A DNA stretch of 64,000 nt from Lama guanicoe (Eukaryota): NCBI GenBank assembly GCA_013239625.1, contig MU054323.1:1860001-1924000 (forward strand), read 5' to 3'. The translations under genes were made by a program, and so were the position numbers. A model generated the notes under the pieces. That model was not told where the DNA came from, made no database searches, and saw only the letters and a program-made list of their open reading frames with translations. Positions 50,201 through 62,905 of this stretch are shown in pieces. The stretch's first letter is position 1. The number at the start of each line of letters is the position of its first letter.

Positions 50201-51289
50201 AGAAGTTACACTTAAGACATCAATCATTGTTCAACATTTTTTTCAGATACTATATATATATACATATTTCAGTGTCTTGAATTCTCCTATGAACCAATTT
50301 TATTATTTTGCTGCACCTCTTAATTAGCTAATATGTATTTGTTTTATAATTTTATGAAAATCATGTTTTTAACTTTTTAAAAATATGTATTTGACCCTAT
50401 TGTCTCTATTTAGAGTATTATCATAAAAAGTCTAAGGGTAAGGGTCTTTTATCTTATTTTTCTGTCTAAATAGAAGACCCTTTTCAAGAGCATGTAGCCT
50501 TTCTTAAGATTAAGGAACATTTTCTTCTATTATATTATTATTTTTCTTCTATGTCTTTTCAATTTCCAGTATACCTGTTATGCATAATATTGACCTCAGC
50601 ATACTGTGCTTGCTGGTTACCATTCCTTCTCCCATCATGGTCATCTTTACTTTTTGACCTGCATCCTCAGAGGCCATTTAAACTTTTCCTTTTATAAAAA
50701 TTTCAATTTTAGGCAATATGGATTTTGCGTTACACAATTTTCAATTCAAATTTCAATTCTGTATTTGTATTTTTAACCTAAATTTTTAGCTTCTTTTTCA
50801 CTCTCAATTTTCAGCCAGTTCAGCACCTTATGATTTATTAACCATGCTTCATAGAAGCCATGTTTCTTTTTATTTTATTGAGATGAAGAATATAATTTAT
50901 GATGTTTTGTTTACTATAGAAAACTTTTCTTTTGAGGTTAACTTTTCCTCTCAACTTGTACAGTATTTCTCTCCTTTTCTTAAGTAACAGATTTTTTTTT
51001 TTAAATCTTCAAGACTGGCAATATTTCTTTGTTTTCTCGTCTACCAGTGAGGGGATATCTCCCAAGACCCAATGTTAAAAAAATTTGAAAGAGGCACAGA
51101 TTTCCGCTGGCCTTCTCTGTGCACTTGGATGCTTATAGCTAACAGAACAGCTCTAAGTCCTGTTCTTTAATAAAGGTGCAAAGCCCCTAGCTAAATTTTA
51201 GTTTCTGACCATTGCTCATCTTGTGTAGCTCTGATAGACTGCCTACATGGCTTAATTTTCTTACTCTGGAAAATAATGTTTATCTCTAG

Positions 51290-51480
51290 GGCAGTACTTT
51301 CCAAAACTGACTGTTCATCAAAATCCCTTGAAAAATTTTAAAAATATGTAGCTTCTCAGATACCATGTCATCTTTACTGGAATTTAACCTCTAGAGATAG
51401 GACTTGAACTCATATTTCTTAAAGGCTTCCCAGGTCATTGTAATGCAGCTGGTGGACAGCCCCCTACTTAAAAATAGCTC
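51290..51480. mobile_element. hAT-Charlie (MER5-like) relic
   Basis: cagtactttccaaaactgactgttcatcaaaatcccttg...ggcttcccaggtcattgtaatgcagc. Confidence 0.65.
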
Positions 51481-51874
51481 AATGTATCTGTGATGATGTG
51501 TAGTTCTGCTTTAACCTGTAACTCTTAGTCTTACATCAAGAGTTTACCTACAGCACTCTACTGTCCACAACCACATCAGACACTTTTTCCTCTGCTACAA
51601 AATTTGTTGCACAGTAGAGTTGGAATCTGCAAGTGAATGTAGGTGTTAGTAGATTGGAGGGAGACAGGTTTTAAAAAAAGGTTTTAAAAAAAGGGTCTAT
51701 GTTACCCAACTTTCAGTTTTATATAAGTTAAGCCAATAAGAGAGGTTTGAATTACGATCATGTCTATTCCCTAGCTGGCCAAAGTGGGCAGTTTCAGAAA
51801 ATGGATTTTTCACAATCAGTTATCTTTTGAATCTTGTTAATAGATCTCCCAAGATAGGCTAGGCTCTGTCTCTT

Positions 51875-52006
51875 TTCCCTACATGTGAACCTCCTGAGGG
51901 CAGTAACTGCTTCTCTCTGACCCTGTATTCTGATCCTATCTCACGATCATACTGCCTGGCACATAGCAGATATTCACGAATATGTGTTAGTACCTGAATA
52001 AATGGA
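51875..52006 (+). mobile_element. L2 3' end
   Basis: atgtgaacctcctgagggcag...tgcctggcacatagcagatattcacgaatatgtgtt...tgaataaatg. Confidence 0.75.
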
Positions 52007-52651
52007 TTTGATAATTGGTTGGCTACTATCCTCAATATTTAAAGTTGTAACTTTGTCTACAAGGGGTATTTTAATGGGAAATTGAAAGAGGTACTATATG
52101 TTATCAGGGTCTGTAAGGTGATGTCATTTCAACCCAGAAGTCCTGTATTTAATTATCTCTGCAAAAAATAGGAAAACCAATGTGGAGTACGTACTTTAGT
52201 TGGAGCAGAGGGAGGGGGAAAAGCCCATAAAACTACACCTTTTATGTGTCATAGAGATTGAAATGATCTCGATTTAATGACGCATTGAGTTTCAAGCACT
52301 AACAGTGTAATTTTTTTTTGTTGTTAATAAACGTGGTCTTACAAGTTTCACATTTTATGCCATGTTGTAAAGATACAAAAACATAACACTGAATAGGTTC
52401 TAACCTCCAACATACTATTTTATGGAAACTTAAATTTAGATTAATACCATGGAGAGAGATTTCTTTCTTCTTTAGGCTCAGACAGGATATTAGTTTTAGT
52501 AATAAAATTAAAGAAAAAAGAACAAACATTGTGCTTTCCTTATGCTGGCAATTGAGTTCCTCAAAGCTGTTCTGCTAACATATATGCCATCCTTTTGGAA
52601 TTTTTTAAAGAATGAAGATCGCTGACTTGAATTTAAAGTTACTGTTTTTTG

Positions 52652-53625
52652 CTTATACAACTTAATAACAAGAAAAAAAAAACAACTTAATCAAAAAATG
52701 GGTAGAAGACCTAAACAAACATTTCTCCACTGAAGACATACAAATGGCCAATAGGCACATGAAAAAATGCTCAATATCAGAGAAATGCAAATCGAAACTA
52801 CAACGAAGTATCACCTCACATCAGTCAGAATAGCCATCATTAAAAAGTTCATAAATGTTAAATGCTGGAGATGGTGTGGCGAAGAGAACCTTCCCACACT
52901 GCTGGTGGGAATGTAGTTTGGTGCAACCATTATGGAAGACAGTATGGAGATTCCTTAAAAAACTAAAAATAGACTTACCATATTATACAGCAATCCCACT
53001 CCTGGGCATAACTGGAGAAGACTCTAATTCAAAAAGATACATGCACCCCCAGTGTTCATAGCAGCACTATTTACATAGTCCAAAACATGGAACAACCTAA
53101 ATGTCCTTTGACAGATGACTAGATAAAGAAGGTGTAGTATATATATATACAGTGGGATACTACTCAGCCAAAAAAAGAGTAAAATAATGCCATTTGCAGC
53201 AACATAGATGGACCGGAAATCGTCATACTAAGGGAAGTAAGACAGAAAGGGAAAGCAAAACATCACATGATATCACTTCTATGTGGAATCTACATAAAAT
53301 ACAAAAAACAAAAAACACAAATGAACTTATTTACAGAACAGAAACAGACTCACAGACATAGAGAATAAGCTTATGGATCCTGGGGAGATGGGGGAGTGAA
53401 GTGATAAGTTGGGTATTTAGGATTTGTAGATACTAATTACTATATATAAAATAGACAAGCAACAAAGTCCTCCTGTATAGCACATGAAACTTACTCAATA
53501 CTTCGTAATAGCTTATAATGAAAAAAATATATACACAGATATATGCACAACTGAGCCACTATGCTGTACATCAGAAATTAACATAACATTGTAAGCCAAC
53601 TATATTTCAATAAAAATAAGTAAAT
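52652..53625 (+). mobile_element. 5'-truncated lineage-specific LINE-1 (ORF2 C-terminus, 3' UTR)
   Basis: ORF 52855..53061 ([29 protein letters not shown]) is ORF2p; same family as 3645-4560; degenerate TSD aaagttactgtttttt / aaagttattgcttgtt. Confidence 0.95.
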
Positions 53626-54898
53626 AAAGTTATTGCTTGTTTGGTCTTTGTCCAACCTCGTTTTTCGCTTCAGTTGTCCCTTAGGAAATAAACTTTTTAA
53701 TAGAAGTTTTCTTACCTTCTAAATTTAAGTAAAAATTTGATACGTAGAATTCCTGATTAAAACTAGGTGGGCTGAGGACATAAAATATCTCCTCTTCTCT
53801 TGCTCTTGTGAGCTGGATGACATATTGAAGTAAGAATGGTGTCACATGTGTATTTCATATCATATGTGGATTTCTGCGGTTATGTTTTGTGCCTTTGCCT
53901 TTGGCTTAGTAACTTTTGAGGGTTGAATATGGGAAATGTGTACATAGTTTTAAAATGGAATCATTTTAAATCTGTTTTATTTTTTCCTTGAATCACTTGT
54001 AATTTTTTAAGTATATCCCCATAGAAATGGTGTAGGTTATGGTTTCCAGGGTAACTGATACAAATTTCTGTAGCCCACCATGTAATTGAACTTGTCTCAT
54101 CAAAGGGGCACCCTAGGACCTGGGTCCCGGAGACTGAAGTCACGTTGTGAAGGCTTACAGGTCAGGGGAAGGCGCAAGTGTAGAGGAGGCAGCTTTGCAA
54201 CAGCCTACTTCAATAGGAAACATTTATTTTTTTAATCTTCTTTTCACAGCCAGTATTTAAATTGTCACCTGTCTCCTGGGGCTCACAAAGTGCTAGTATT
54301 CTACATCATACTATCTCAAGTCCTGGCTCCAATCTTTACCTCCAATCACTTCATGCGTCCAAATCCCTCACTTCTTACATTCCCAGATTAAATGCTCGTC
54401 TCGTCCATGTGGCCGACTCCTGCAGGGTAAGTAATACGACTGAACTCTTTTACTTTCATGCATTCAAACCAAATTCAACTCTTTTGGAAGACTTTTCATT
54501 CTTAGAAGACTTATCATCATCTTTTTATTTTTGATGAAGTAGGACAGGGTGACAAAAGTTCGTAAAACCATTCGGGCCATGAGAAGGACATGAAGTGTGT
54601 GTGAGTGGAGTGGTCTGGAGGCAGCACGTTGTTTACCCTGTGGGCAACTTGTAACTAGCAGGGAGGTCTCTAAGCATTAGCTGGGCTTATGTTTGTTTTT
54701 AAGAACCACAAAAGCAAAAAGGCATGATTAAGTCTGTCATTTGTGTATGTGAGGTATTTATATACATTCATACATTCATGTGCTCACTGTACTGTACACA
54801 ATAAAAAAATAGTACGTGATCTTTTCAGATAAGAAAGGAGCTAAGAAAATGGAGCTGGCTGGCTCTGGGGAAGCCAAAAATAGCCCAATTTTATTTTG

Positions 54899-54923
54899 AA
54901 ACAAACAAACAAACAAACAAACA
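54899..54923. repeat. (AAAC)6 microsatellite
   Basis: aaacaaacaaacaaacaaacaaaca. Confidence 0.9.
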
Positions 54924-56129
54924 TGTAAGTTTCAAGGAATATTTTATGCACATTTCAATTTCTCACTAGGTCAGAACTAGATTATCTCAATACATTGAAC
55001 CCAAAAGCCTCTTTCTTTTTTCCTTATTTTAAAAAATATTTTCAATGAGTTGTTACAGTTTTTTCAAGGGAACCTACTTGCCTCTTCCAAAGCAGCTCTC
55101 AAATGTGTTCTATCAGAAGATTAAAAACACAGCCTGTAGAATCTGAACTATCCACAGAGTACAAGTATATCTTCTCAGCGATAAAGTTAGCTTTGTGTGA
55201 GACTGTGGGAACCAGGGGATGACCTGCATTCACAGTGAAGAATGTGATAAACTGTGTCTTATTAACGTGACAGAATCCTTGCTGCTGGTCCAGCTTTCTG
55301 CAAGAAGCTGGCATCAACGCAGAGGCAGTGGTTGCCCTCCTGTGAGTGGGGTCCATCTTGGACTCTAAGTCCACTGGTTCTGTCTGCCCTGTTTCTCCAT
55401 CTCAGACACAAGTTTCTTCGATATAAAGCTAGTGATCTCTATTCCATCTCCAACTCCCAGAAGTGCCGAGGATAAAAGTAATTCAGACATTTCAGTTAGA
55501 GCATGGGTTCTGTAGATTTGCTGTATGATAGGTGTACTAAATTCTCAAATTGTCTAGAGATCAATTCAAATAAATCATTTCAAAAAAAAAAAAAAGGCTT
55601 CTTTCCCACACTAAAGGAAAAATGCAATCTACCGTGGATTGAAGCAGCAGAAATGTTCTGTTAAGTTCTGTTTCCAAGTTGTGGGTGATTTGGATGGAGT
55701 ATGAAAGAACCGAAATGTAGCAGACTGGGTATGCTTTCCTTTCTGATTCTGCCGTTTGTTGGATTTTGCAGTCACTTCACTTTGTGGTTTCCTCCACTGT
55801 ATGTGATCTGAAGCAAGAGAACTGCCTGCCTCACTCACTTCGCAGCTGGGTCATGCAGAAAAAGATACCTGCAGTTTGGATCATAGTTGGACCTTACAGG
55901 TAGGTCAAGTGTTTCCTTGGCATATTTATCCTGTTGTTATTCTAATTACATGCACGTGACAAGCTCAGAGCTTTCTTTTAGGCACAGCAGTGGAAATGAA
56001 GCGTTCTGAGGATGGAGGAAGAAATTGAGGGGAGGCTGATATACCCAGAAATATAATGGGTAACACAGATGGTGGTATCACTTTTCCTTCTTTTACCCAC
56101 TCTTTCTTCTGCTATCAAGGGACTTTGGT

Positions 56130-56668
56130 CATAATTTTGGTTGGCTGTTGCCCTGCAACAGATCATTTTAAAACTTGGAGTCTTAAAGAATGAATACTTT
56201 ATCATCTTTTGTGGATTTTGTGGGCCAAGAGTTCAGGAAAGACTTGGCTGGTGACTCCTGCGGTTTCAGTCTGATAGTAGCTGGAGTTGGAATAGTGAGC
56301 TGCAGCTGCGGGGGCTGGCTGGGCATCTCTCTTCTCATGTCATCTGAGCCTCTCCCTATGTGACCATGTAGACTCTCTTGGGCTTCCTCACTGTCTTGTG
56401 GCTCAGATCAGTTTGATTTCTTCCATGGAGGCTGAAGTGATTACTCTATCGAGCAAGGTGGAAACTGCATTGCCTTTCATAACCGACATTTACAAATCAC
56501 TCAGCCTCATTTCTGGTGCATTTGACTGGTTATAAGCAAGTCACAAACACATCCCAATAGGAGGAGAATTAGACTCCACCTCTTGATGGAGGAGATAGAG
56601 ATGTTTCAGTAAAGTATGTGGGATGAGAGACACTGTGGCAGCCAGCTTTGGGAAGTGCAGTCTGCCAT
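56130..56668 (-). mobile_element. MaLR LTR (MLT1G/H-like), antisense
   Basis: tgtgggccaagagttcaggaaagacttggctgg...gcaaggtggaaactgcattgcctt...aattagactccacctcttgatgg...cagtctgcca. Confidence 0.8.
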
Positions 56669-57299
56669 GGACATTGCCATCCCACTTGTGTGACACTGCT
56701 GTGACCAGTCACCTATGTCTGTCTGGTCTTCTCTCCTCACAAGGAACTTAGCCTCAGAGATGCAGGTTTCACTCAAGGTTGAGAGATTATCCCTTAGTAT
56801 GACTATTTTAGGAACAGGGACTCAGGTGAGCCTTTCCGAGTACCCTAAAATCACACCATGTTGCATTCTTCTCGCAAACTAATGTGCCTTTATAGACAGG
56901 TATCTGGTTCCATTGTGGGTCTTCTCCTTGGAAGTGTGTCTGTGTCCATACACGTATTTGTTGGAGTGCAGTGAGAGGACGGAGAAAAGCAAGGAGCTGG
57001 AGAAGGAAGCACAGGTAAGACAGAGCAGAATTTGAGTTCCTTCTCATCTCTCCTGGGCCTCCTGACGGTGATGCTGGGCCTGTGGGTTTTGGAGAAGCAG
57101 CCAAACTTGTTACCTAGTCACCTGCTGAAGTGTTTAATTCCCTTCTTTTATTACTAAGAGTTCAGTAGATTTGTATTTAGTTGTCCCAGCTGGTCTCAGC
57201 TGTGCTTCAGAGAATTAAACTAAGACCAGAGATTCTTCTGGGGTAGGAGTTTAAAGAGGGGTGCAGCACTCCCTTAGGCCAATGTGGAGTTGCCACCAT

Positions 57300-57919
57300 T
57301 GATGCAGGAAAAATGGGTGTGAGGCATGAGGAGGGCCTGTTCCAGGCCTCGGTTGAGCCCCTGGGACGTGCCCCGCCCATTGTGGGTCCTTGGCTTGTGC
57401 AAGAAAGAATTCAAGAGCAAGCCACAGTTGAGTAAAGGTAGATTTATTTAGAGAGATACATTGAAAGGCAAGAGAAAGGCCACGAGGTGTGGTGTTGGGT
57501 GCTCAGATTAAAAGTACGTACACACTCTGTAGACAGAGTGTGGGCCATCTCAGAAGAGGAAGAGAGTAAGGGGGATGGCCTCGAGGCACCTTGTTGCCAG
57601 TTTTTACAGGCTCTGTAGCTTCATAGGCTAATAAGTGGAAGGATCAGTCTAACTAGCCTGGGGACGGGGCTGGGATTCCCAGGAAGTTGGCCATTTCCCA
57701 CTCTTTGACCTTTTGTGGCTAGCCTTGGGACTGTCATGGCGCTTGTGGGCATGTTACTTACCATGCCAATATATTACAATAGGCATATAATGAAGCTCAA
57801 GTTCCACTAGGAGTTAAATCTCCCATCATCTTGAGCCTCAAGGCCTCCTGGAGGTCGATTCTGGTGTTAATAGCTGGCTTATTCCTTGAATGGCTGTGCC
57901 CTGCCCCCTTCCTGTCTCA
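57300..57919 (-). mobile_element. ERV1 solo LTR, MER41-like (620 bp)
   Basis: Minus strand starts TGAGACAGGAA and ends TTCCTGCATCA; AATAAA on minus near 57445; flanks ccat / ccag fit a 4-bp TSD with one mismatch. Confidence 0.9.
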
Positions 57920-57959
57920 CCAGGATTTGTAAGACCCCTCCTGGGGAGAAAGTGAGTCT

Positions 57960-58260
57960 CTTTCATTTACACTTTCAGTTCACAAGTACTCAGGAAGTGC
58001 TAATCATGCTGCCTGGAACTTTTCTAGGGCTGAGACTATAACAAAGAATAAGACGAAACAAAACATGAGGTCCTTTTCCTCACGGAAATTTTATTTCAGT
58101 CAGGGAGATAGATTCACATACAGGTACCTAGCAGAGACGTTGTACTGTTTTCCTCTGAAGAGAAATAGCAGTTAAAGTGATAGGACATGATAAGGCTGCT
58201 ATTAAGACAGTAATCATGGCCAGCCTCTCGGAAGAAAAGACATTTAAGCAGAGACTTGTG
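57960..58260 (-). mobile_element. L2 fragment, antisense
   Basis: ctagggctgagactataacaaagaataagac...gcctctcggaagaaaagacatttaagcagagacttg. Confidence 0.65.
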
Positions 58261-58604
58261 TCCCTGGAGTTGATTCAAGATCTAGATCTCTGCTTTTCTC
58301 ACTCCTTTAAAAAAAATTATTTACCAAGAAAGTTGAACACATTCCAGATTGTTCTTTCAGACTATAAAACCTTGGGATCTGCAGTCATTTTCCTTTTTTT
58401 GGTTGTTTAAAATAGTGTAGGGACCTTCTGACATATTAACAGAGATTAAATATTAATTATTATCAATCCAATTATTATTTTGCCTTACTTTACAAGTGCA
58501 ATTTCCCCCACTAAATGTATTTAACTGTACATTCCTTTGGCCAGAAATGGGTTTTCATCAATCTTTTCCACGGTTACTGGTGATAATGCTTGGACCTATA
58601 TAGA

Positions 58605-58790
58605 AAGATGCAGTGTGGTATTCAGGAAAGAATGTGGTCACTCTGGTCTGTATTTTACTCCTGGTTCTGCCATTTGCCAGTAGAATAGTCTCAAAAGGGT
58701 CATATAAATTCTTTGAAGCACAATTTTTCTCACCTGTAAAACTGGTATAATACCTACCTTCCAAACACAGTGTTCATTGTACGTTAATCC
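58605..58790 (+). mobile_element. MIR
   Basis: gcagtgtggtattcaggaaagaatg...tcctggttctgccattt...tttctcacctgtaaaactggtataatacctacct. Confidence 0.75.
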
Positions 58791-59110
58791 TCTTCCTCCT
58801 GCTTCACAATCAAATTCCTGCAGACAGTTATTTTTTTCCAATAGTGACCTGGGTCCCTTTTCCTTCTCAGAGGACAATTTGGCATGATTAGTAAAGATCT
58901 TAATCATTCCACATCAACAAGACACGGAGGAGACTTCATCTTTGCTGGAATTGTTTTTATTTCTCATGTTGCAATTTAAACTGTGACTCTCAGACTTCCC
59001 AGATGGATTTCTTCGTCAGCACATATTTAATCAAAACTACAACGTGTGTTACACTGAGAAGCTAAAAGATTGGTCAAGGTCATTCAGCTGGTTGACAGGA
59101 GAGATGCAGC

Positions 59111-59768
59111 TGTTAGAGCAGGCAGATAGCTAGATATGAGCAGAGAAAGGGGGACACAGACCAAATGGCAGGAATTGGGCAGAAAGGAGGGGCACAGGCC
59201 AAATGCAGGAAACCACACATCATGTGAGCAGCAGGGATCCTTGGGCAGAGAAAGAAAAGCAGGAACCTTGGGGCTGATAAGGGATCGTGACTTTTGGGAT
59301 GGCAAGTGGCCTGGAGAAGAGCAAACAAAGGTGAGAAAAGGCAGGAATTTCTAGTGTCCGAATGTAGCCTTTTGCTCATTATGCCCTCATTTCGATAAAA
59401 TTAGCCTTGCAGATCAGAAGTACCCATCATGCAACGACGCCATGACACTTCCGATCCAGACTAAATAAGGACAAAAATCCCTCCTTCCTTTGGGAAGGTG
59501 GAGTTAGGATGATAATCAGGGAATACGACCCCAAACTCTTCCCTCCCCAATGAATATTCCGCCCATTCATTTTTATACCCTATGTAACTAACTTGCCAAA
59601 GAAACTCAGGGCAGCTGCTCACCTGAGCCTGCCCGCTCTCCCCTGAGAGTGTACTATCCATCCTTTAATAAATCCTCACTTTACCTTTTTTAACCTCTAA
59701 GTCTTGTCTCTGAATTCTTTCTGGGACGGGACAAGAACCTGGAACACCGGTTGCACCTATCGACAACA
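59111..59768 (+). mobile_element. ERV1 solo LTR (658 bp) with perfect 4-bp TSD
   Basis: cagc|TGTTAGAG ... GACAACA|cagc; aataaa near 59667 followed by ctgaattctttct...caagaacc, as in MER41/MER4-group LTRs. Confidence 0.95.
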
Positions 59769-61429
59769 CAGCCACAGCCACCTTTTCCTGACTACATTGA
59801 CTATTTGCCTCGTATCTTAGGACCTGCACTTAATCAAAACTCTCAAGGCCAAAAACAGCCTCTGAAAGATGGTATAAGTTACTAGATGGCTAATTTTTGC
59901 TTGAACAGATTTGGTCAGTACCAAAATAAATCTGATTTCTTTTGGCGGAAGGACAATCCTTTCACTTTAGAAAAGCATTAAAGACACACACTTGTCAATA
60001 ACAGATGATGGAGAATTCAGTCTTCTGAGGTTAACTTTTTTTTAATGACTCACTTTTCAACATCTTATAACTGGTCCAACCCTGGAAAAAAATCAGAAAG
60101 TGTGGAAACATATTCTTGACTTTTCAATCTGGTTTTAGACTCTGATTTTCTCTTTAGTCTTCAGAAAACCATAAACAGTCTCATAGAAACTCTGCCATTG
60201 GTAGGGGGAGGGAATAAAGGAGAACTACATGATTTGCGTATTTTAGTGTTGTGGCTTTACCTCATTTTTGATTGAGAGAACTACCTTTTCTCTTGTCAAA
60301 CAATATGGATCTCCAGAAATACACTTCCCATGGTACACATGGTGGTTTGTGGGGAACACTCGGGGCTCTGTTTTCAGGCCACTTAGCTCACTGCCAAACT
60401 GCCCATCAGGAAACCTGCCACTGCACATTCCAACCTGCCTCACCATCATGAAATACAGTTTTTTTGGGGGGGGGGTTTGGCTTTGGGGATTTTTGGAGAA
60501 AAGATATGTATGTTTGTTTTGCTTTTCCTGTAAAATTGTAAATGTTCTGATAAGCATTTTCTCCTGATGTATCAAAAATCACTCCCATCCATTGATTTCA
60601 GAATGTACTCTGTCATTTTTTCACGGTCTAGAGAGAACAAGTGAGTGGTCCAGTGTTTTATGATGAGATAGAGGCAGAGAGGATTGAATCTTGAGTCTCT
60701 TTGACAGTTACTCCCATTTTCAGTTTTCCTCCCAATGTACTTCATTACTTCCTCATACGACCTCTAGGTTCAGAAGCCCCCCCCCTTTTTTTTTTTACAA
60801 CTTCTAGGTCACTACTTTATTTCTTAAGGAGGTGAGAAGTTAAAGTTTTCTCATGGAGAAGTATACAGAAATGGTATGAAAAATTCTTATGTTTCTCTTA
60901 ACATAGTCCACATTTGTGTATTTCACATTTTCTTTGGAAAGCCACAAAATGCTCTGAAGGTGTGATCACAGAAATCATTGGTTTTCTTTTCTTTGCATCC
61001 TTGGGTTAATAATAATAACTTTCTCAATTTCAAAATACAAAAAAAAAATTCTCTTGTATATTATCAGATACCTCAGGTGCTGTCATTCCACTGAGATTAC
61101 ATGCCATGTGACTTTCTTATGCTGCCCCCTCCACCCCGTGCAGACATGCTGATCACGGGTGTGAGGCGTCTCAAAGGCTGATGTTTACCGATCTTAGAGT
61201 GCCGATGTGTATTCTTAGATAGGTACCACCGTATCTGAGGGCAGAAAGGAATGAAAATCTTGAAAGTTGTACTGCCAGATTCTGAAATAATCATTACACC
61301 GAGACAATTGAGGGAGAAATACTATCAGATCAGTTGCGTTTGGATAGCATGTCAGCCAAGCAAACTACCGCAAGTTCTGCTTTTCAATGGGCGCTTTAAA
61401 GTCATCTGTGAACAACCTGGGTATTCAGT

Positions 61430-61880
61430 CCTTATTTACCATTTCCTTTCTGTTTGAAGAATTTCCTTTAGCCACTCTTGAAGGGTATATATTTGAAGTG
61501 ACAAATTCTCACAGTTTGCTTTCATCTGAGAATATTTTTATTCCCCCTTCATTCCTTTGCAGTTAAGAATTCTTTTCTTCCAGCATTTGAAAAACACTGT
61601 GTCACTACTCTCTGTCCTCCATTGTTTCAGATGAGAAATTTGTAATTCAAATTGGCATTTCTCTATAGATAATGCCTTATTTCTGTCTGGTATCTTTTGA
61701 GCCAGTGCCTTTGTTTTTAGTGTTTAGTATTGAATTATGATATGTCTTGACATGGATTTCTTTGGGCTTACTGTACTTGAAATTCTCTTAGCTTTTAAAA
61801 TCTTTATTTTAAGTCTTTCTCCAAATTTGGGATGTTTTCAGCCATTATTCCTTCAAATACGGAACCCTGATTATGTGAAT
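61430..61880 (-). mobile_element. Old L1M ORF1-region fragment, antisense
   Basis: gtgacaaattctcacagtttgctttcatctgagaatatttttattcccccttcattc...tgtttcagatgagaaat...aaatttgggatgttttcagccatta. Confidence 0.75.
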
Positions 61881-62769
61881 TTAGATTGTTATTGACTAGA
61901 TTAGACAGATTTGGGTTAAAATTCTTTTTAAGCTACTTATTAGCTAAATTATCTGGATAAAATTAATATTACAGATTGATTGATTTCTATAAAGTGAGAT
62001 ATACTGCCAGTCTATACTGGGTCTCTGTTGCTTCAACCAGCAACCTACCCTCCCATCCCTCCCACTATCACAACCTCACACACTCCACGAAGATTGAACT
62101 GTGTCCACCCTAGGAAATAGACTGCATGAGACTTCAGCATTAGCAAGTTTGCCCCAGTGCCTGGAACAATGCTTTACCCATGAGAGTAATTATTATTTGT
62201 TACATGTATAAATAAACAATGACTCAAATACCAGTAATATTTCTTTCCCAGTGTAGTGAAGATGACAAAATACTTCAAGATTTGCAGTGCCGATGAGAAA
62301 CTGGCTCTGTGATGAAGAGCAGAAATTGATTGCATTAGCAACCTAATTGTTCTGTTTCTTCACTTCTCACTCTACATTTCTCCTCTCCCTTTGGCTACAC
62401 TTGTCTCACCCTATATATATTCATCTAGACTATCTTGGTATTTTTCTCCCTAAGTCCCTAAGCTTTTTTATTTCTCCATTCTCTCTCTTATGATCTCTGG
62501 CTTTTTTCAATTATTACTTTGTATCTATTGTGACTACTACTTCTGTATTTTATTCCTTTTTACCTTCCTCATTTTAATCTCTTTTTTTGCTTCTCACCTG
62601 TCTTGCCAGATCACTATCTCACCAGATCACTATCTCTATTCTGTATCAGATCACAGTGGGACTCTAACTTTTATATATTTATTTAGCATCAACTATTTAT
62701 TTATTCAGTATTCATTTGCTATCTCTTGGAATAAAGGGTTACCTTCTTTTTTCTAACTGAAAGAAGAGC

Positions 62770-62905
62770 TATTTAATGTATTAAATTAATGTATGTAATT
62801 TAAAATAGTCTATGGAATTTAATATTAATATTAGATATTAATATTAATATCTAAATTAAATATTAGATATATTTAAGTTAAAGACTAAAATTAAATATAT
62901 TTTAC
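62770..62905. repeat. AT-rich low-complexity tract
   Basis: Repeated taatat/ttaaat units, almost no G or C. Confidence 0.8.

Noticed and set aside
54432..54441. T7-promoter-like TAATACGACT
   Set aside because: Only 10 bp match, not followed by CACTATAG, with no vector sequence nearby; chance.
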